Translations under genes and position numbers: made by a program
Shown here: positions 10,419 to 21,463 of the stretch, piece by piece
How positions within the stretch are numbered: position 1 is the stretch's first letter
Layout: each line of letters opens with the position of its first letter
Virus record (IMG/VR): IMGVR_UViG_3300028416_000004
Span: 62,001 to 126,000 of that record
Direction: 5' to 3' (one strand)
DNA length: 64,000 nucleotides
Notes under the pieces: model-generated
The model's database searches: none
What the model saw: only the letters and a program-made list of their open reading frames with translations
Told to the model about the DNA's origin: nothing

Positions 10419-12053
10419 CTAAATACATTCCATATAATTATCACCTAAAGAATAATCAATTTCAAACACCATATCATTATATTTTGATAATATTTTTTGA
10501 ATTTCTCCTATTAAATTTAACTCTTCTGGATGTATATCTAAAACAAAAGAATCAAACACTTGAAACATAAATGATGACTTGTGACTTTCTAGCCATTTTT
10601 TTAATTCATTTAATTTATCTACCACTATTTCTGCAGCTGTAGATTGAACGTAATTATTAAATGCAGCATATGTCTTATTAGGTTTTATTAAAGTACCAAA
10701 AGGGTTTATTATATACCCCAATTCTTTATAAACATTATTAATATAATCAGAAGTATTTAAGATTGGATTTAAAAATTCTTTTATATTATTTAAAGCTTCC
10801 TCTACATTGATGCCTTCTATTTTAGAAATTAAACTTTTTATTAACGTATCACCTCCTCCATACAATATAGCATGATTAATGTCCTTTGCAACTTTTCTAT
10901 GAAAAGATGTTACTTCAACACTTCCTCCCAACATAGCTTTAGCTGTATTGTAATGCAAATCAGAGTTCATATTTTTAATTATAAATTCTTCATCTCTAGA
11001 TAAGTACATAGATAACCTTGTTTCAAAAGACTTATAATCAAATACTACAATTTTACCACCTTTATGTCTGGGGATAATTTCTTTTCTTATAGGACTATCT
11101 TTAGGTATCATTTGTGGATTAAACGAATCTACACAATTTATCCTACCAGTTATAGTTCTTTTATCTGAATATCTTAACATTATATATTTCTTATCATTTT
11201 CCCAAGTGCTCCTTACTCCTTCTGGAATTTTAAAATTTGAATTAAAATATATTTTATTTGTAGATAACCAAGAAGTTACTTTATCTTTAACTGTTTGCCT
11301 TATACAAGAATTTAACTCATCTTTAGTTAGAGTGTGTTTACTTATTATGTCATTCATCATCATAGGTATAAACCTATAAACATCTTTATTTAAAAAGATT
11401 TTTATAAAATCTTTAGGTTCTATATGATTAGAATATTTAGACCAAAAAACATTTTCCAAAGTCATAACATTTCTAACTTCATCGACATAAACATATTTAA
11501 TAATATTTTGATAACTAAATAAAGTACATTCTATTTTATTGATTAATCCTGTAAAAATCTTCTTATAATCTTTGCCTACATATTCTAAACTAGAAACACT
11601 TATAGCATAAGTATTTGAATCATTGTAAATATAGCATACATTTTTATGAAAATATATAAAAGACCTAGTTTTATTATTTATATTATTTAGAAAAAAATCT
11701 CTTATCTCTCCATCTAAAATAGCATCATAAGTTATAATGTTTTTATTGAAAAACTTTTTCATAGAAAATTCAAGAAACATTTTGATGTCTGTTTTGTTTT
11801 TTCCATCCTTTTCTGTTAAACTAAAAGTCCAAAATAAATTATCTGATATTTTAGGATTATCAATAGATTGTTCTGGGAAAATTTCTCTAACTTTATTCCA
11901 ACCTATTATTAAAGTAGGTAAATCTTGCTCTTCTGTAAAACTAATAGTTTCTATTAACTCTAAAGCAAAATTATCATAATGGACATTTATATACTCCAAA
12001 TCATCAGAAGAATAAGGGAGTATTTTACAAATTTTTATCAAACTATTAAGCAT
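10419..12053 (-). CDS. polA: Divergent family A DNA polymerase (polymerase domain)
   Basis: TGRI, NPQMIPK, motif A FDYKSFETR, DLH, motif B RKVAKDINHAILYG, NNYVQSTAAEI and motif C QVFDS. Confidence 0.85.
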   Translation of the reverse strand: MLNSLIKICKILPYSSDDLEYINVHYDNFALELIETISFTEEQDLPTLIIGWNKVREIFPEQSIDNPKISDNLFWTFSLTEKDGKNKTDIKMFLEFSMKKFFNKNIITYDAILDGEIRDFFLNNINNKTRSFIYFHKNVCYIYNDSNTYAISVSSLEYVGKDYKKIFTGLINKIECTLFSYQNIIKYVYVDEVRNVMTLENVFWSKYSNHIEPKDFIKIFLNKDVYRFIPMMMNDIISKHTLTKDELNSCIRQTVKDKVTSWLSTNKIYFNSNFKIPEGVRSTWENDKKYIMLRYSDKRTITGRINCVDSFNPQMIPKDSPIRKEIIPRHKGGKIVVFDYKSFETRLSMYLSRDEEFIIKNMNSDLHYNTAKAMLGGSVEVTSFHRKVAKDINHAILYGGGDTLIKSLISKIEGINVEEALNNIKEFLNPILNTSDYINNVYKELGYIINPFGTLIKPNKTYAAFNNYVQSTAAEIVVDKLNELKKWLESHKSSFMFQVFDSFVLDIHPEELNLIGEIQKILSKYNDMVFEIDYSLGDNYMECI

Positions 12054-12110
12054 ATTGCAAATATAAATAAATTATTTACAATAAACATATAAATTTATTT
12101 TTTTTAAAAA

Positions 12111-15100
12111 TTATGAAAAAGTTATACCTTTATCTTGAAAATTTTCTTTTAAATACTCTAAGAAACTTGGAGCTCTTTGTTGCGCCCTATTCATTCCTCC
12201 TAATTTATCATTAGGGTCTAATTTTGCAGTAATGTGACTGACTTCATAACCTGGGCCTGCATTTAAATGATAATAGAAAAATACTGCTTCTTTTAAAGAA
12301 GGGAAAGTTATACCATCATCTGTGCACCCATAAGCCTTTTCTCTACTTGTTCTTTTAGAAGAAGGTCCAAAGTTTTTAGTTGTTCTTCTACTATTAAAAA
12401 ACCCAACTAAAGCAGATGTAGCAACATCTTCTTCTCCTAATTTTTCAGGATTTTTAACTAAATCTACACCAGTATATTTTTTAGCAGCTTCATAACCAGA
12501 TTTGAAAGTTATTTGATTATAACCTCTTCCTCTATATTTCCAACCATCACCTTGAGCAGTATTTCCATAACCATCTTTTCTAATACCTATAGGCTTTTGT
12601 GTATAAACAATATTTGCAATCTTTTCTTGATATTTATCTGAATCTGCTTTTTGAGTTTTTGGATTTACAAACCCTTTTTTAACAGGGTCATTCTTTTTAA
12701 AATAACTCCAGACTTCTGGTAATCTTGCTGCACTATAATTAAATCCTTCAGATTTTAACTCAAAAGAACTTTCTTTACTACAAATAGCTAACACAGAAGC
12801 TATAGCATAATCAGACTTAATACCCTTTTTAATACATTCATTTATAATTTTATTTATCCTAGTCTTCTTAGTTGAACTATTTAAATAAGCACTAACTTCC
12901 TTACTGCCAGCATCTAAACCAAAAACTTTTTGATTACTAGCATCTGAAGAACCAGCATTATTTTGAGAACTTGAAATGTCTTGTGTAAAACTTGCATACT
13001 CTTCATAAATAGCTTTCTTTTCTTCTTCTGTATATTGAGATGAACCCTCTAAAGGAGCTATCTTATCACTTATGGAAGTATAAGCCTTTTCATAATCTTG
13101 AAGAGTTATTGGAGTTATACCACCATAACTATCGCCTGCATATCTCATTTTTATACCATTTAAATCTGTAGTCATATTGTTAGGACTAATCTTATGACTA
13201 ACTTTAATAATTTGATATAATCCAGTAAAAATTGTATGATTTTCTAAAAAGAAAAATTGCATTGGAGAAATTTGTGCATTACCAATAATTTCAACACCAG
13301 CTTTGTAACTTCTTCCTTCAAAGACAGATAATAAACTACAATCAGTAGTTACTGTTCTATTTTTATTTTCATTATCAACGATAGCTTGTAAATTCACTAT
13401 ACTTTCAGCTGTTACTTTATTATCATCAGTTCCAACTTGAACATTTTTAACAATTTTATTAGTTGGGTCTCCAAATGCTACAGGAAATGCTTGAACTTGA
13501 AAATTCCTCAAATCCTTAACTGATGACTGTTTTTTATCTGGGTTATTACCAACTAAAGTCCTACTTTCTGGTGTAGGTTGAAACATTACTTGAAAAAAGT
13601 TACCTATTTTTGGCCCCATCATTTCTTGAGGTGTAAAAATATCTGTAATCTTATCATATCTAGCATTTCCGCAAATAGGGAAAAACATAAAATTATTTTT
13701 AGTACAAAGTTGTTGAAAAATATTTAAAACAGTTGTATTTGCTTTTGCTGAATATAAAGGTTTTATATTAATAATAGAATCTTCAACTTTAACTTTTCTC
13801 TCTCCAGAAGAACCAATAGCCTGAAGTGGATAATCATATCTAAAACCACCTCCAGCAACACTTCCATCATTTCTTTTTCTATTTATTGGCGTACCTTTTC
13901 CTCCATCTAAATTCTGAGAATATGTTTCTTGAAGAATTTCAGCAACATTTGGAGTTAAAACTGAAGGGTCTCCAACTTGATTAATTCTAGAACCACTAGA
14001 ATTTGTTCCTAAAATTTGCCACTGATGAAAAAGAGTATGCATTTGTTGATAAATCAAATCTTCATGCTCTCCTGCTTTACCCAAAACTGAACCAAAAACT
14101 TTATTTATTTCATCTTGATTTTTTTGAATTTTTGACCTTAAACCTTTACAGAATTGTCTTAAAAATACTAAAGTAGCCTGAGCATAGAGAATTTCATCAT
14201 CATTTACACTAGATATTGTAGCACCACTTTTCGCTGCTCCTACAGGTACTTCTTGCATAAAAGGAAACAAACCTCCAGCTAAAGGTATTATATTACACCT
14301 AACTTCTGTTCTTGAAGGATATTGAGCATAAGGAGCAATTACTACAGGATTTAAATTAATATCTAAAAAACCATCTTTTGCAGCTCCATCACTATCTTCA
14401 AGTTTATCTTCATCAGTTGGTCCAAAAGTTTTTTTCCAAACAAATTCAGAAGATTTAAAAGATTTGTCTATAGGATTTTTCATATCCTTATTTATTATTT
14501 TATTATAATCTAAAAAACTATTAATCAAATCATCACCTCTTTCTCCTTTTATAGTTTTATTATAAAATGAAATAAATTCACTTACTTTACTATTTTCTTT
14601 AGTTAAAGGTTCTTTTTTATCTTTCTTTACTAAGACTGAAGATAATTTAACTATTTGAGCTATTTCATCTTCTACTTCATCAGATTCTGTTTGAGTATCT
14701 TCTTTTTCTTCTCCTTCTTCATCCACTTCTGGTCTAGGTTGAACACCAGGTGCATTTAAAGATTCTGAAACTCTTGAAACATCTTCAGTAGAACTAAAAA
14801 CCACATACTCCATACCATTACCATCATAAAGGAAACCATTTTTATTTAAACAAACATGGGTATAAATAACACCATTCATTCCTACAAAAGTACCTAAAGT
14901 AGTCTCAAAATCTAAACCATTACCATAAGTTCTTGGTTGGTAATAAGTTTGTGCTTTTGTTTTACCAAAAAATGCTTTATTTGGACCAATTAATTTTCCC
15001 ATAAATTCCTCAACTGTATAACCAATAAAGTTAGCATTTTTCATTTCTAAACCAACACCATCATTTAAATTTAAAACATTTTTATCAACATCATATATTA

Positions 15101-17078
15101 AACCCATATCAGATGATTTAAATAAATATTCAGACTTATATTTTGAATCTTCATCTTCTTCACCTTCACCTTTAATCTTGTTTCTAATCTTTTTAATATA
15201 TTCTATTGCTGTTTTATCTTCTGTTAATGTTTCTAATCCTGGTTGTATAACAACAATTTTTTGCTTTAAATCTTGCCAATCAAACTCAACTTCTTCTTCT
15301 GCATCTGGGTCATATATAATAGCAGTTATTACATCACAGAAATTTTTTAACATTTGCAATCCATCAAAATCTAACTGATTTAATATTGATTGATTTATGT
15401 TATTTAAATCAGAATCAGCTAAAGACCTAACCTTATCTAAATCCAACTTTTTATAATCTCCAGTAATAAAGGTTATATCCCCATCAGGTTCCATGTTTCC
15501 AGGTAAAGATGGATTGTAACTTTGAGTTAAAAAACCAAGTATAGCAGCTCTTTTTATTATTACAGAAGCCATTACAGACCAATCAGTTACATCTATAAAA
15601 GGATTTTCAGTACCTATCTCTAAGTTATTGATTATATTTTTAATCTTTTTATCACCATCTAAATTAGCTTCCGCTTGTAATGATTTATTTTCAGCAATAC
15701 CATAACTTATAGCAGTAGTAAATTCAGATACAAATTTTTTCTCAAATTCATTAACGCCTAAATTGCTAACTGGAACTTGCTTTCCTAAATCTTTAGAATC
15801 TTCAGAAGGTTTTTCAAATTTCATTGGAAAATATCTACCTATAACATCTTCCTCTTCTGCCTTATTTCTAGCTTCATAATTATTTAAATAACCTTGTTCT
15901 CCAGCATCTATAATAAAACCCATAATATAAGCAGCGTCTTTAGCGATTGTTGAGAAAACTTCAGATATAGTTAGTTTTTTTAATTCATCTTTTTTCTCTT
16001 CATAAACACTACCTTTTATTGCTTCATCAATTAATTTTAAATTTTTTTCTATTTTTTCATTTAGTTGCTTAGACTCTTCTTTTAATTTTTGCAAATCAGA
16101 ATCACTAGGTGTTTTACCAAAATCAACTGTTACACTAGGTTTTTTACCTGATGATAATATTTTTATTTTATAATTTTCAACGTTACGAGAAGCACCATTC
16201 AAAGCTTTTAAATAGGTATTTAAATCTTCTTTATCTTCTTTTACATAAACTTCTCCTGGGCTTGTTATTGTAATTTTCTCAAATCCTTCAATTGCACCTT
16301 TGCCCCCAACAGTACTTTCTATAACGTCTCCAAAACTAAAAATACCACTAACTATACCTTGTATAGGGTCTCTTTTTAACACTTCTAACTTATTTACTAA
16401 TTCATCGTATTCTTTGTTTATATTTTTAGTCTGAATTTCTACAGTCTTACCAATATACATAAGGTCAATAACACCTTCAGTAGCTTTAATAAATTCTTTT
16501 GAGTCTTTAGGAAAATCCTTTACTCTATCTGCTCTTAATTTTTTTGCTGCATAAAGATACAAAAAAGGTAAATCAGCAAACATACCCCACTGATTAGGAA
16601 CAAATGTTGCTCTTAAAGTATAACTACCATCATCAGAGTTATATTGAGTAGAAGTAGTTTTCATATTTAAAAGCCAAGTAACTGGAGAGCCTAAATATCC
16701 TTTAAATGTAAATACAAATTTAGGTGGTGGCCACTGAAATAATGAAGCATAATTGACTCCATCTATTTCATTGTCAGATAATTCACCAAATACTGTCTTT
16801 CCATATAAATCTTTAAATTCTATTTCAACTATAGGTTGTAAAGAAGTGTTAGTTTCTACTTTTATATTAGTAATTCCAAAACCTGTTGATTCTCTAAAAA
16901 AACCAACATTAAATGTTTTATATCCAGTAAAATCCTCAACACCAGCATGGTTAATTAAGCCAGTATCTTCATCATAAGAAACTTTACCTTCATTAGTTAA
17001 AGTGCTTAAACGAACATCTAAATATAAATCTTTCTCATTATAATATAAATCAGATATGTTATTAGGTATTATTGGCAT
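12111..17078 (-). CDS. Baseplate hub / tail-associated lysin with C-terminal GH19 lysozyme domain
   Basis: Hub-like N-terminal and central segments (FGITNIKVE..PIVEIEFKD; IIGNAQISP...GLYQIIKVSHKI); C-terminal KESSF..E..NYS, YGN...DGWKYRGRGYNQIT GH19 motifs. Confidence 0.8.
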   Translation of the reverse strand: MPIIPNNISDLYYNEKDLYLDVRLSTLTNEGKVSYDEDTGLINHAGVEDFTGYKTFNVGFFRESTGFGITNIKVETNTSLQPIVEIEFKDLYGKTVFGELSDNEIDGVNYASLFQWPPPKFVFTFKGYLGSPVTWLLNMKTTSTQYNSDDGSYTLRATFVPNQWGMFADLPFLYLYAAKKLRADRVKDFPKDSKEFIKATEGVIDLMYIGKTVEIQTKNINKEYDELVNKLEVLKRDPIQGIVSGIFSFGDVIESTVGGKGAIEGFEKITITSPGEVYVKEDKEDLNTYLKALNGASRNVENYKIKILSSGKKPSVTVDFGKTPSDSDLQKLKEESKQLNEKIEKNLKLIDEAIKGSVYEEKKDELKKLTISEVFSTIAKDAAYIMGFIIDAGEQGYLNNYEARNKAEEEDVIGRYFPMKFEKPSEDSKDLGKQVPVSNLGVNEFEKKFVSEFTTAISYGIAENKSLQAEANLDGDKKIKNIINNLEIGTENPFIDVTDWSVMASVIIKRAAILGFLTQSYNPSLPGNMEPDGDITFITGDYKKLDLDKVRSLADSDLNNINQSILNQLDFDGLQMLKNFCDVITAIIYDPDAEEEVEFDWQDLKQKIVVIQPGLETLTEDKTAIEYIKKIRNKIKGEGEEDEDSKYKSEYLFKSSDMGLIYDVDKNVLNLNDGVGLEMKNANFIGYTVEEFMGKLIGPNKAFFGKTKAQTYYQPRTYGNGLDFETTLGTFVGMNGVIYTHVCLNKNGFLYDGNGMEYVVFSSTEDVSRVSESLNAPGVQPRPEVDEEGEEKEDTQTESDEVEDEIAQIVKLSSVLVKKDKKEPLTKENSKVSEFISFYNKTIKGERGDDLINSFLDYNKIINKDMKNPIDKSFKSSEFVWKKTFGPTDEDKLEDSDGAAKDGFLDINLNPVVIAPYAQYPSRTEVRCNIIPLAGGLFPFMQEVPVGAAKSGATISSVNDDEILYAQATLVFLRQFCKGLRSKIQKNQDEINKVFGSVLGKAGEHEDLIYQQMHTLFHQWQILGTNSSGSRINQVGDPSVLTPNVAEILQETYSQNLDGGKGTPINRKRNDGSVAGGGFRYDYPLQAIGSSGERKVKVEDSIINIKPLYSAKANTTVLNIFQQLCTKNNFMFFPICGNARYDKITDIFTPQEMMGPKIGNFFQVMFQPTPESRTLVGNNPDKKQSSVKDLRNFQVQAFPVAFGDPTNKIVKNVQVGTDDNKVTAESIVNLQAIVDNENKNRTVTTDCSLLSVFEGRSYKAGVEIIGNAQISPMQFFFLENHTIFTGLYQIIKVSHKISPNNMTTDLNGIKMRYAGDSYGGITPITLQDYEKAYTSISDKIAPLEGSSQYTEEEKKAIYEEYASFTQDISSSQNNAGSSDASNQKVFGLDAGSKEVSAYLNSSTKKTRINKIINECIKKGIKSDYAIASVLAICSKESSFELKSEGFNYSAARLPEVWSYFKKNDPVKKGFVNPKTQKADSDKYQEKIANIVYTQKPIGIRKDGYGNTAQGDGWKYRGRGYNQITFKSGYEAAKKYTGVDLVKNPEKLGEEDVATSALVGFFNSRRTTKNFGPSSKRTSREKAYGCTDDGITFPSLKEAVFFYYHLNAGPGYEVSHITAKLDPNDKLGGMNRAQQRAPSFLEYLKENFQDKGITFS

Positions 17079-17089
17079 ATTTTTATAAA

Positions 17090-17401
17090 TTAATATTTAG
17101 TGTTTTTTCTTAAAATTTTACCTTCTACTTCCGTCAAAACCTCCCTTAAAGGTAGTGGTATCCTTAATACAGTTTCTTTTGGAATATCAAATTCAATAGA
17201 ATATTCTGGATTAGCCAACAATATTAACCAACCATAAGTATCATCTTCATAAACTTCTGCTGAAATTCTATCTAATCTTGTTTTGTCTGAATTATATATC
17301 CTAAAAATATCCGTATTTCTCTCTTTTATTTTTATAGGAGGCATAACATCAATACCTTTTCCGTCTTCTCTTCTTAAAATTTTATACCTATCTTTTCCCA
17401 T
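17090..17401 (-). CDS. Baseplate wedge protein, gp53/LysM-like
   Basis: RLDRISAEVYEDDTYGWLILLANP...LRIP motif; lies next to the hub gene. Confidence 0.8.
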   Translation of the reverse strand: MGKDRYKILRREDGKGIDVMPPIKIKERNTDIFRIYNSDKTRLDRISAEVYEDDTYGWLILLANPEYSIEFDIPKETVLRIPLPLREVLTEVEGKILRKNTKY

Positions 17402-17483
17402 AACATTTAGTATATTGTATTAATAAATATTAATTGTTATTTTTTTATAAATTAAAACAATATAAAAAAAATGTAAAGCAAAA

Positions 17484-20400
17484 CTAAACACTTGTTCTTC
17501 TACTGAAAAATCCTCCTTCATCTGTCGATAATGGTGGGTCTTCATTCAATCTTCCACCATAAGAACCTATAATATTAAAGTTTAAAGTAACTTCACACCA
17601 CATAGGCTGAACTCTACCACCATCAAAAGTCCAAGGTGCATCTGAATAACTATAAGAAACACTATTAACTACAATATCATGGTCTAACCAATCTCCTAAA
17701 GTTAAATGACACACAGGAGGTCTAGAAAAAGAAAATCCAGAATTAGTTCTTTCTGACAATCTATTTCTTGCAGGTCTAGTCATTTTAGCAATAAATTCCA
17801 TTCTTTTTAAAAAATCAACTTTGCTTCCAGAAAAATAACTAGGTTGAAACATATTTTTTCTTTTCATTTCTGCAAGTTTCTTAACAGTATCTTCAGATTT
17901 GCTTTCTACATAATTATCTTCTCTAACTGTTGTATCAAAACCTTCAAAGAATTTATATATATTTTCTCCTTGAGCTGTTTTTTCAGAATAAGAAACCCTC
18001 CTTTGAGCAACTAAAGTAGCTTCATCATCTAAAATGTTAGCTTGAGTCTTAAGCTCGTTTGCTTTTGTTATTTTTTCATCACTTTCTACCTTAACTCTTT
18101 TTTTCTCTTCTTCTGAAGCTGACTCATCAACATTTACTATACTTGCTTCTAACTTTCTAGCTTCAGCCCTTAATTCATCAGCTTGTGCAGTATTTGTAGC
18201 TATTAATTTAGAAAAATTATTATTCTCAAAATTTTCTATTATTTTAGTAACTACACCATTTTGAGGATTAAAATCATAACCTATATCAACTTCTGTTGCA
18301 AAGTCAGTTAAAACAAAAAACGAAACACTACCATCTCTTGATGAATTGCTGTAAGTATAAATTGGTTCTGGTCTTCCTAAAAATGTAGTAGAGTTCCAAC
18401 TTGCAGAATCACCATGTTGAAAACTCTTTATATAAGCTGGGAAAGACATTGCAGAACCTTCTATAGCTGGTATAGAATAATTCGTCAAAACAAACCTTAA
18501 TGTTTCAGCACCTTGTGGTGCATAAGGATTTTTAATACTATATCTATTAAAATTCTTTTTATATTGTCCATCACTTTTCTTTCCTACAATAAAAACACTA
18601 GAAGAGCCCTCATTACCTTGTACGTTAAAATTTTGTGCAAAAGCAATTCTATTATCTGAAGCTATTGTATTAATGACATGCCTAACACCTCTCCTTCTAC
18701 TACTTTCTCCATCAAAATCAAAAGCTATAGTGTCTGTTGTATCAGTTTGAGAAGCCATAGAAACTCCTGTACCTAATTCTTGTGAATCATTTTGAGAAAG
18801 TGGTTTTAATATTTTTTCAGGAGAACTACTTAAATATTGTCCTCCATTTTGAGTTATTACATCTGCTGGAGTTGTGTTTGTTCTGACTTGTAATCTTTTT
18901 TGTATTCCAGACTTACTCAATAAATCTTGAAAGCCTGGTGAACCAAAACTCCTTAACTGTTCAATAGCATTTTGATTTCCAGGTTGATAATTATAACCTG
19001 GCTTAATTTGAAAAGTATTTTGTTGAACATTATGTAAAGAAATAAGATTTGTTATAAAACCTTCACTTTTAGGAGAAGAATAAAAACTTAAACCATCATC
19101 AGGTTTAGAAGAATCATCTACTAATGATGTACCATAAATACCATATATATTTGATATACCTTCTATATTTTTTAGACTTTCTAATGAGTTTTTTTGAAGC
19201 AAATAATCTCTTCCACCAGAATTAATTTGACTAGAAGATACCTCATCAAAAAACCTCTTAGATTCCTCATCATCAAAAACACTTTTTAAACTATTACCAT
19301 TATTATTTAAAGCTTCATTTGCCTTCCTAAAAATACTACCAGAAATTTCAAGTCTAGAAACACCAATATAATCACTACTACCTGCCGTTATAATATTAGC
19401 ACCTAAATTAAATCTACTAGGATTTTTTGATAATTGTTCATTTCTAAAAATTTTAGATAAATTTTCTATATCTGAACCATTTGAAATATTAGCAGATTTT
19501 TGCTCTTCCCTTTCAACTTTTGATATTTCAGATAAATTAATATCACTCTCTACATTGTGACTTAAATTATTACTTCTAAAACTAATAGAGCCATTAGATA
19601 AATCATTAGGTTGTGAAATATTATTATATAAATTATTCAATCTAAAAGCATCTGAATCATCTTCTAAATTACCACTATTTGAAGTATTAGAATTTATATT
19701 ACTAACTAAATATTGAAAACTATCTCCAGCTAAATCAGAATTAGAAGAAACGTTAGATATTAAGTTATTATCCCTTGTTTGAGTAGAATCATTTTGCAAA
19801 TCACTATTACTAGTTACATTTGTTGATAAATCATCATTCCTATATACAACAGAATCATTAAGTAAATCTGTCTGTATAGATGTATTTTTAGATAAATCAT
19901 TCTGCCTAATAGATGTTGAATCAGATTCTAAATTAGAAATTAAAGGATTATTATAAGATAAATCATCATTCCTAAAAACTTCACTATCTTGTTCTAAATT
20001 TGAAACTTTAGGGTTATTATAAGATAAATCATCATTTCTATATACTCCAGATTCAAATTCTAAATTTGAAATTTTAGGATTATTATTAGATAAATCTTGT
20101 TGCCTAAATTCTATAGAATCATTTTCTAAACTAGATGAATTTGAAGTATTATTTTGTAACCTTTCATTCCTAAAACCTTTTGAATAATCTTCTAAATCTG
20201 ATTTTTTTGATTCATTTTTAGACATTAAAGTACTATTAAAACCATCAGAAAAAGATTTTAAATCAAAATTTTTATTTAAATTTTTATTTTCAGAATCATT
20301 CCTATAAGGTATGGAATTTAATTCCAAATTAGAATTTAAATTATTATTTTTAGAAAAATTATTTTCTCTTATTTCAACAGAACTATTTTCTAAATTATTA

Positions 20401-21422
20401 TTTGAACTTACATTCTTATTTAATGAATTATTTCTATATTCTTCTGAATTTACATCTAAATTGAAATTTGTTTTATTATCATTTTTTGATTCATTAGAAC
20501 TTTTATAAACTAAAGAATCACTTAATAAATCAGAATTATTTTGTAAATTTTTTCCAATAGAATTACTTCTATATATAGAACTATCTGAATCTAAATCTGA
20601 ATTTTTATTTTCATTTTTATATTCATTATTGTTTCTAAAAATCTCAGAATTTAATTGTAAATCTGTCTCACTTTCTTTATTTTTAGAAGTATTTCCATTT
20701 CTAAAACTCTCTGAATCAATAATTAAATCACTATTATTAGAAATGTTTTTAGATTCATTTAATTGTCTTACACTTTTTGATTCAGAGGATAAATCATTTA
20801 AACTTTCTTTATTATACTTTAAGTTTTTATTTCTAGCTTCTGAATTATCTAAGTCTAAATTTGAATTGTAAGGATTATTATCTTTTGATACGTTTTTAGA
20901 TAATAAACCATCTCTAATTTCAGTACTAAAATTATTATTTAGTGCTGTATCATTATTATTATTTAGCGTTGTATTTTTTGAAATATTTTCATTCCTATAA
21001 ACTTTAGATATTGTTTCTAATGTTTTTGTAAGGTTTAAATTTTTTTGTACAGCTTTTTTTCTAGATTCTTCTCCAAAATCTTCTATCTTTTTAGAAGATT
21101 CAATTAATTTATTTTTAGACTCTAACCTTCTTCTTTGCAACTCACCACTCTCTTCTAAATTAACTTGATTAGAAACAAATTTACTTAATAAACTATCTCT
21201 TATTATTTGAGACTCTGTTTCTAAATCATTAGAAGATATTATATTTTTTGAAATATTCTCCTTTCTAACTTGAGGATATATTACATCATAAACATCTTTA
21301 GGTTTTTCTAAATTTTTAGATAGCAATTTACCTCTAACTTGATTAGAATACTCAGAAAAGAAAGCATCTAATCCAGTTCTTCTTTCAAATTCTTCAAAAG
21401 TCTCATCGTAAGGAGTGTTCAT
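17484..21422 (-). CDS. Baseplate/tail tube initiator-like protein with long N-terminal 22-aa repeat region
   Basis: C-terminal FPAYIKSF...SASWNSTTFLGRPEPIYTYSNSSR...PPVCHLTLGD...PMWCEVTLNF tube-initiator-like motifs; lies between tape measure and gp53-like genes. Confidence 0.7.
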   Translation of the reverse strand: MNTPYDETFEEFERRTGLDAFFSEYSNQVRGKLLSKNLEKPKDVYDVIYPQVRKENISKNIISSNDLETESQIIRDSLLSKFVSNQVNLEESGELQRRRLESKNKLIESSKKIEDFGEESRKKAVQKNLNLTKTLETISKVYRNENISKNTTLNNNNDTALNNNFSTEIRDGLLSKNVSKDNNPYNSNLDLDNSEARNKNLKYNKESLNDLSSESKSVRQLNESKNISNNSDLIIDSESFRNGNTSKNKESETDLQLNSEIFRNNNEYKNENKNSDLDSDSSIYRSNSIGKNLQNNSDLLSDSLVYKSSNESKNDNKTNFNLDVNSEEYRNNSLNKNVSSNNNLENSSVEIRENNFSKNNNLNSNLELNSIPYRNDSENKNLNKNFDLKSFSDGFNSTLMSKNESKKSDLEDYSKGFRNERLQNNTSNSSSLENDSIEFRQQDLSNNNPKISNLEFESGVYRNDDLSYNNPKVSNLEQDSEVFRNDDLSYNNPLISNLESDSTSIRQNDLSKNTSIQTDLLNDSVVYRNDDLSTNVTSNSDLQNDSTQTRDNNLISNVSSNSDLAGDSFQYLVSNINSNTSNSGNLEDDSDAFRLNNLYNNISQPNDLSNGSISFRSNNLSHNVESDINLSEISKVEREEQKSANISNGSDIENLSKIFRNEQLSKNPSRFNLGANIITAGSSDYIGVSRLEISGSIFRKANEALNNNGNSLKSVFDDEESKRFFDEVSSSQINSGGRDYLLQKNSLESLKNIEGISNIYGIYGTSLVDDSSKPDDGLSFYSSPKSEGFITNLISLHNVQQNTFQIKPGYNYQPGNQNAIEQLRSFGSPGFQDLLSKSGIQKRLQVRTNTTPADVITQNGGQYLSSSPEKILKPLSQNDSQELGTGVSMASQTDTTDTIAFDFDGESSRRRGVRHVINTIASDNRIAFAQNFNVQGNEGSSSVFIVGKKSDGQYKKNFNRYSIKNPYAPQGAETLRFVLTNYSIPAIEGSAMSFPAYIKSFQHGDSASWNSTTFLGRPEPIYTYSNSSRDGSVSFFVLTDFATEVDIGYDFNPQNGVVTKIIENFENNNFSKLIATNTAQADELRAEARKLEASIVNVDESASEEEKKRVKVESDEKITKANELKTQANILDDEATLVAQRRVSYSEKTAQGENIYKFFEGFDTTVREDNYVESKSEDTVKKLAEMKRKNMFQPSYFSGSKVDFLKRMEFIAKMTRPARNRLSERTNSGFSFSRPPVCHLTLGDWLDHDIVVNSVSYSYSDAPWTFDGGRVQPMWCEVTLNFNIIGSYGGRLNEDPPLSTDEGGFFSRRTSV
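19420..21350 (-). repeat. Degenerate in-frame tandem repeat, about 66 bp / 22 aa
   Basis: e.g. NNPKISNLEFESGVYRNDDLSY / NNPKVSNLEQDSEVFRNDDLSY / NNPLISNLESDSTSIRQNDLSK; roughly 25-29 copies; boundaries approximate. Confidence 0.85.
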
Positions 21423-21463
21423 TATTGTTTATATTTATTTATAAATATTTTAAAATAAAAATA

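Noticed and set aside
19420-21350. CRISPR array suggested by the ~66-bp periodicity
   Set aside because: Repeats are degenerate, in frame within an ORF and conserved at protein level; no repeat-spacer structure and no cas genes
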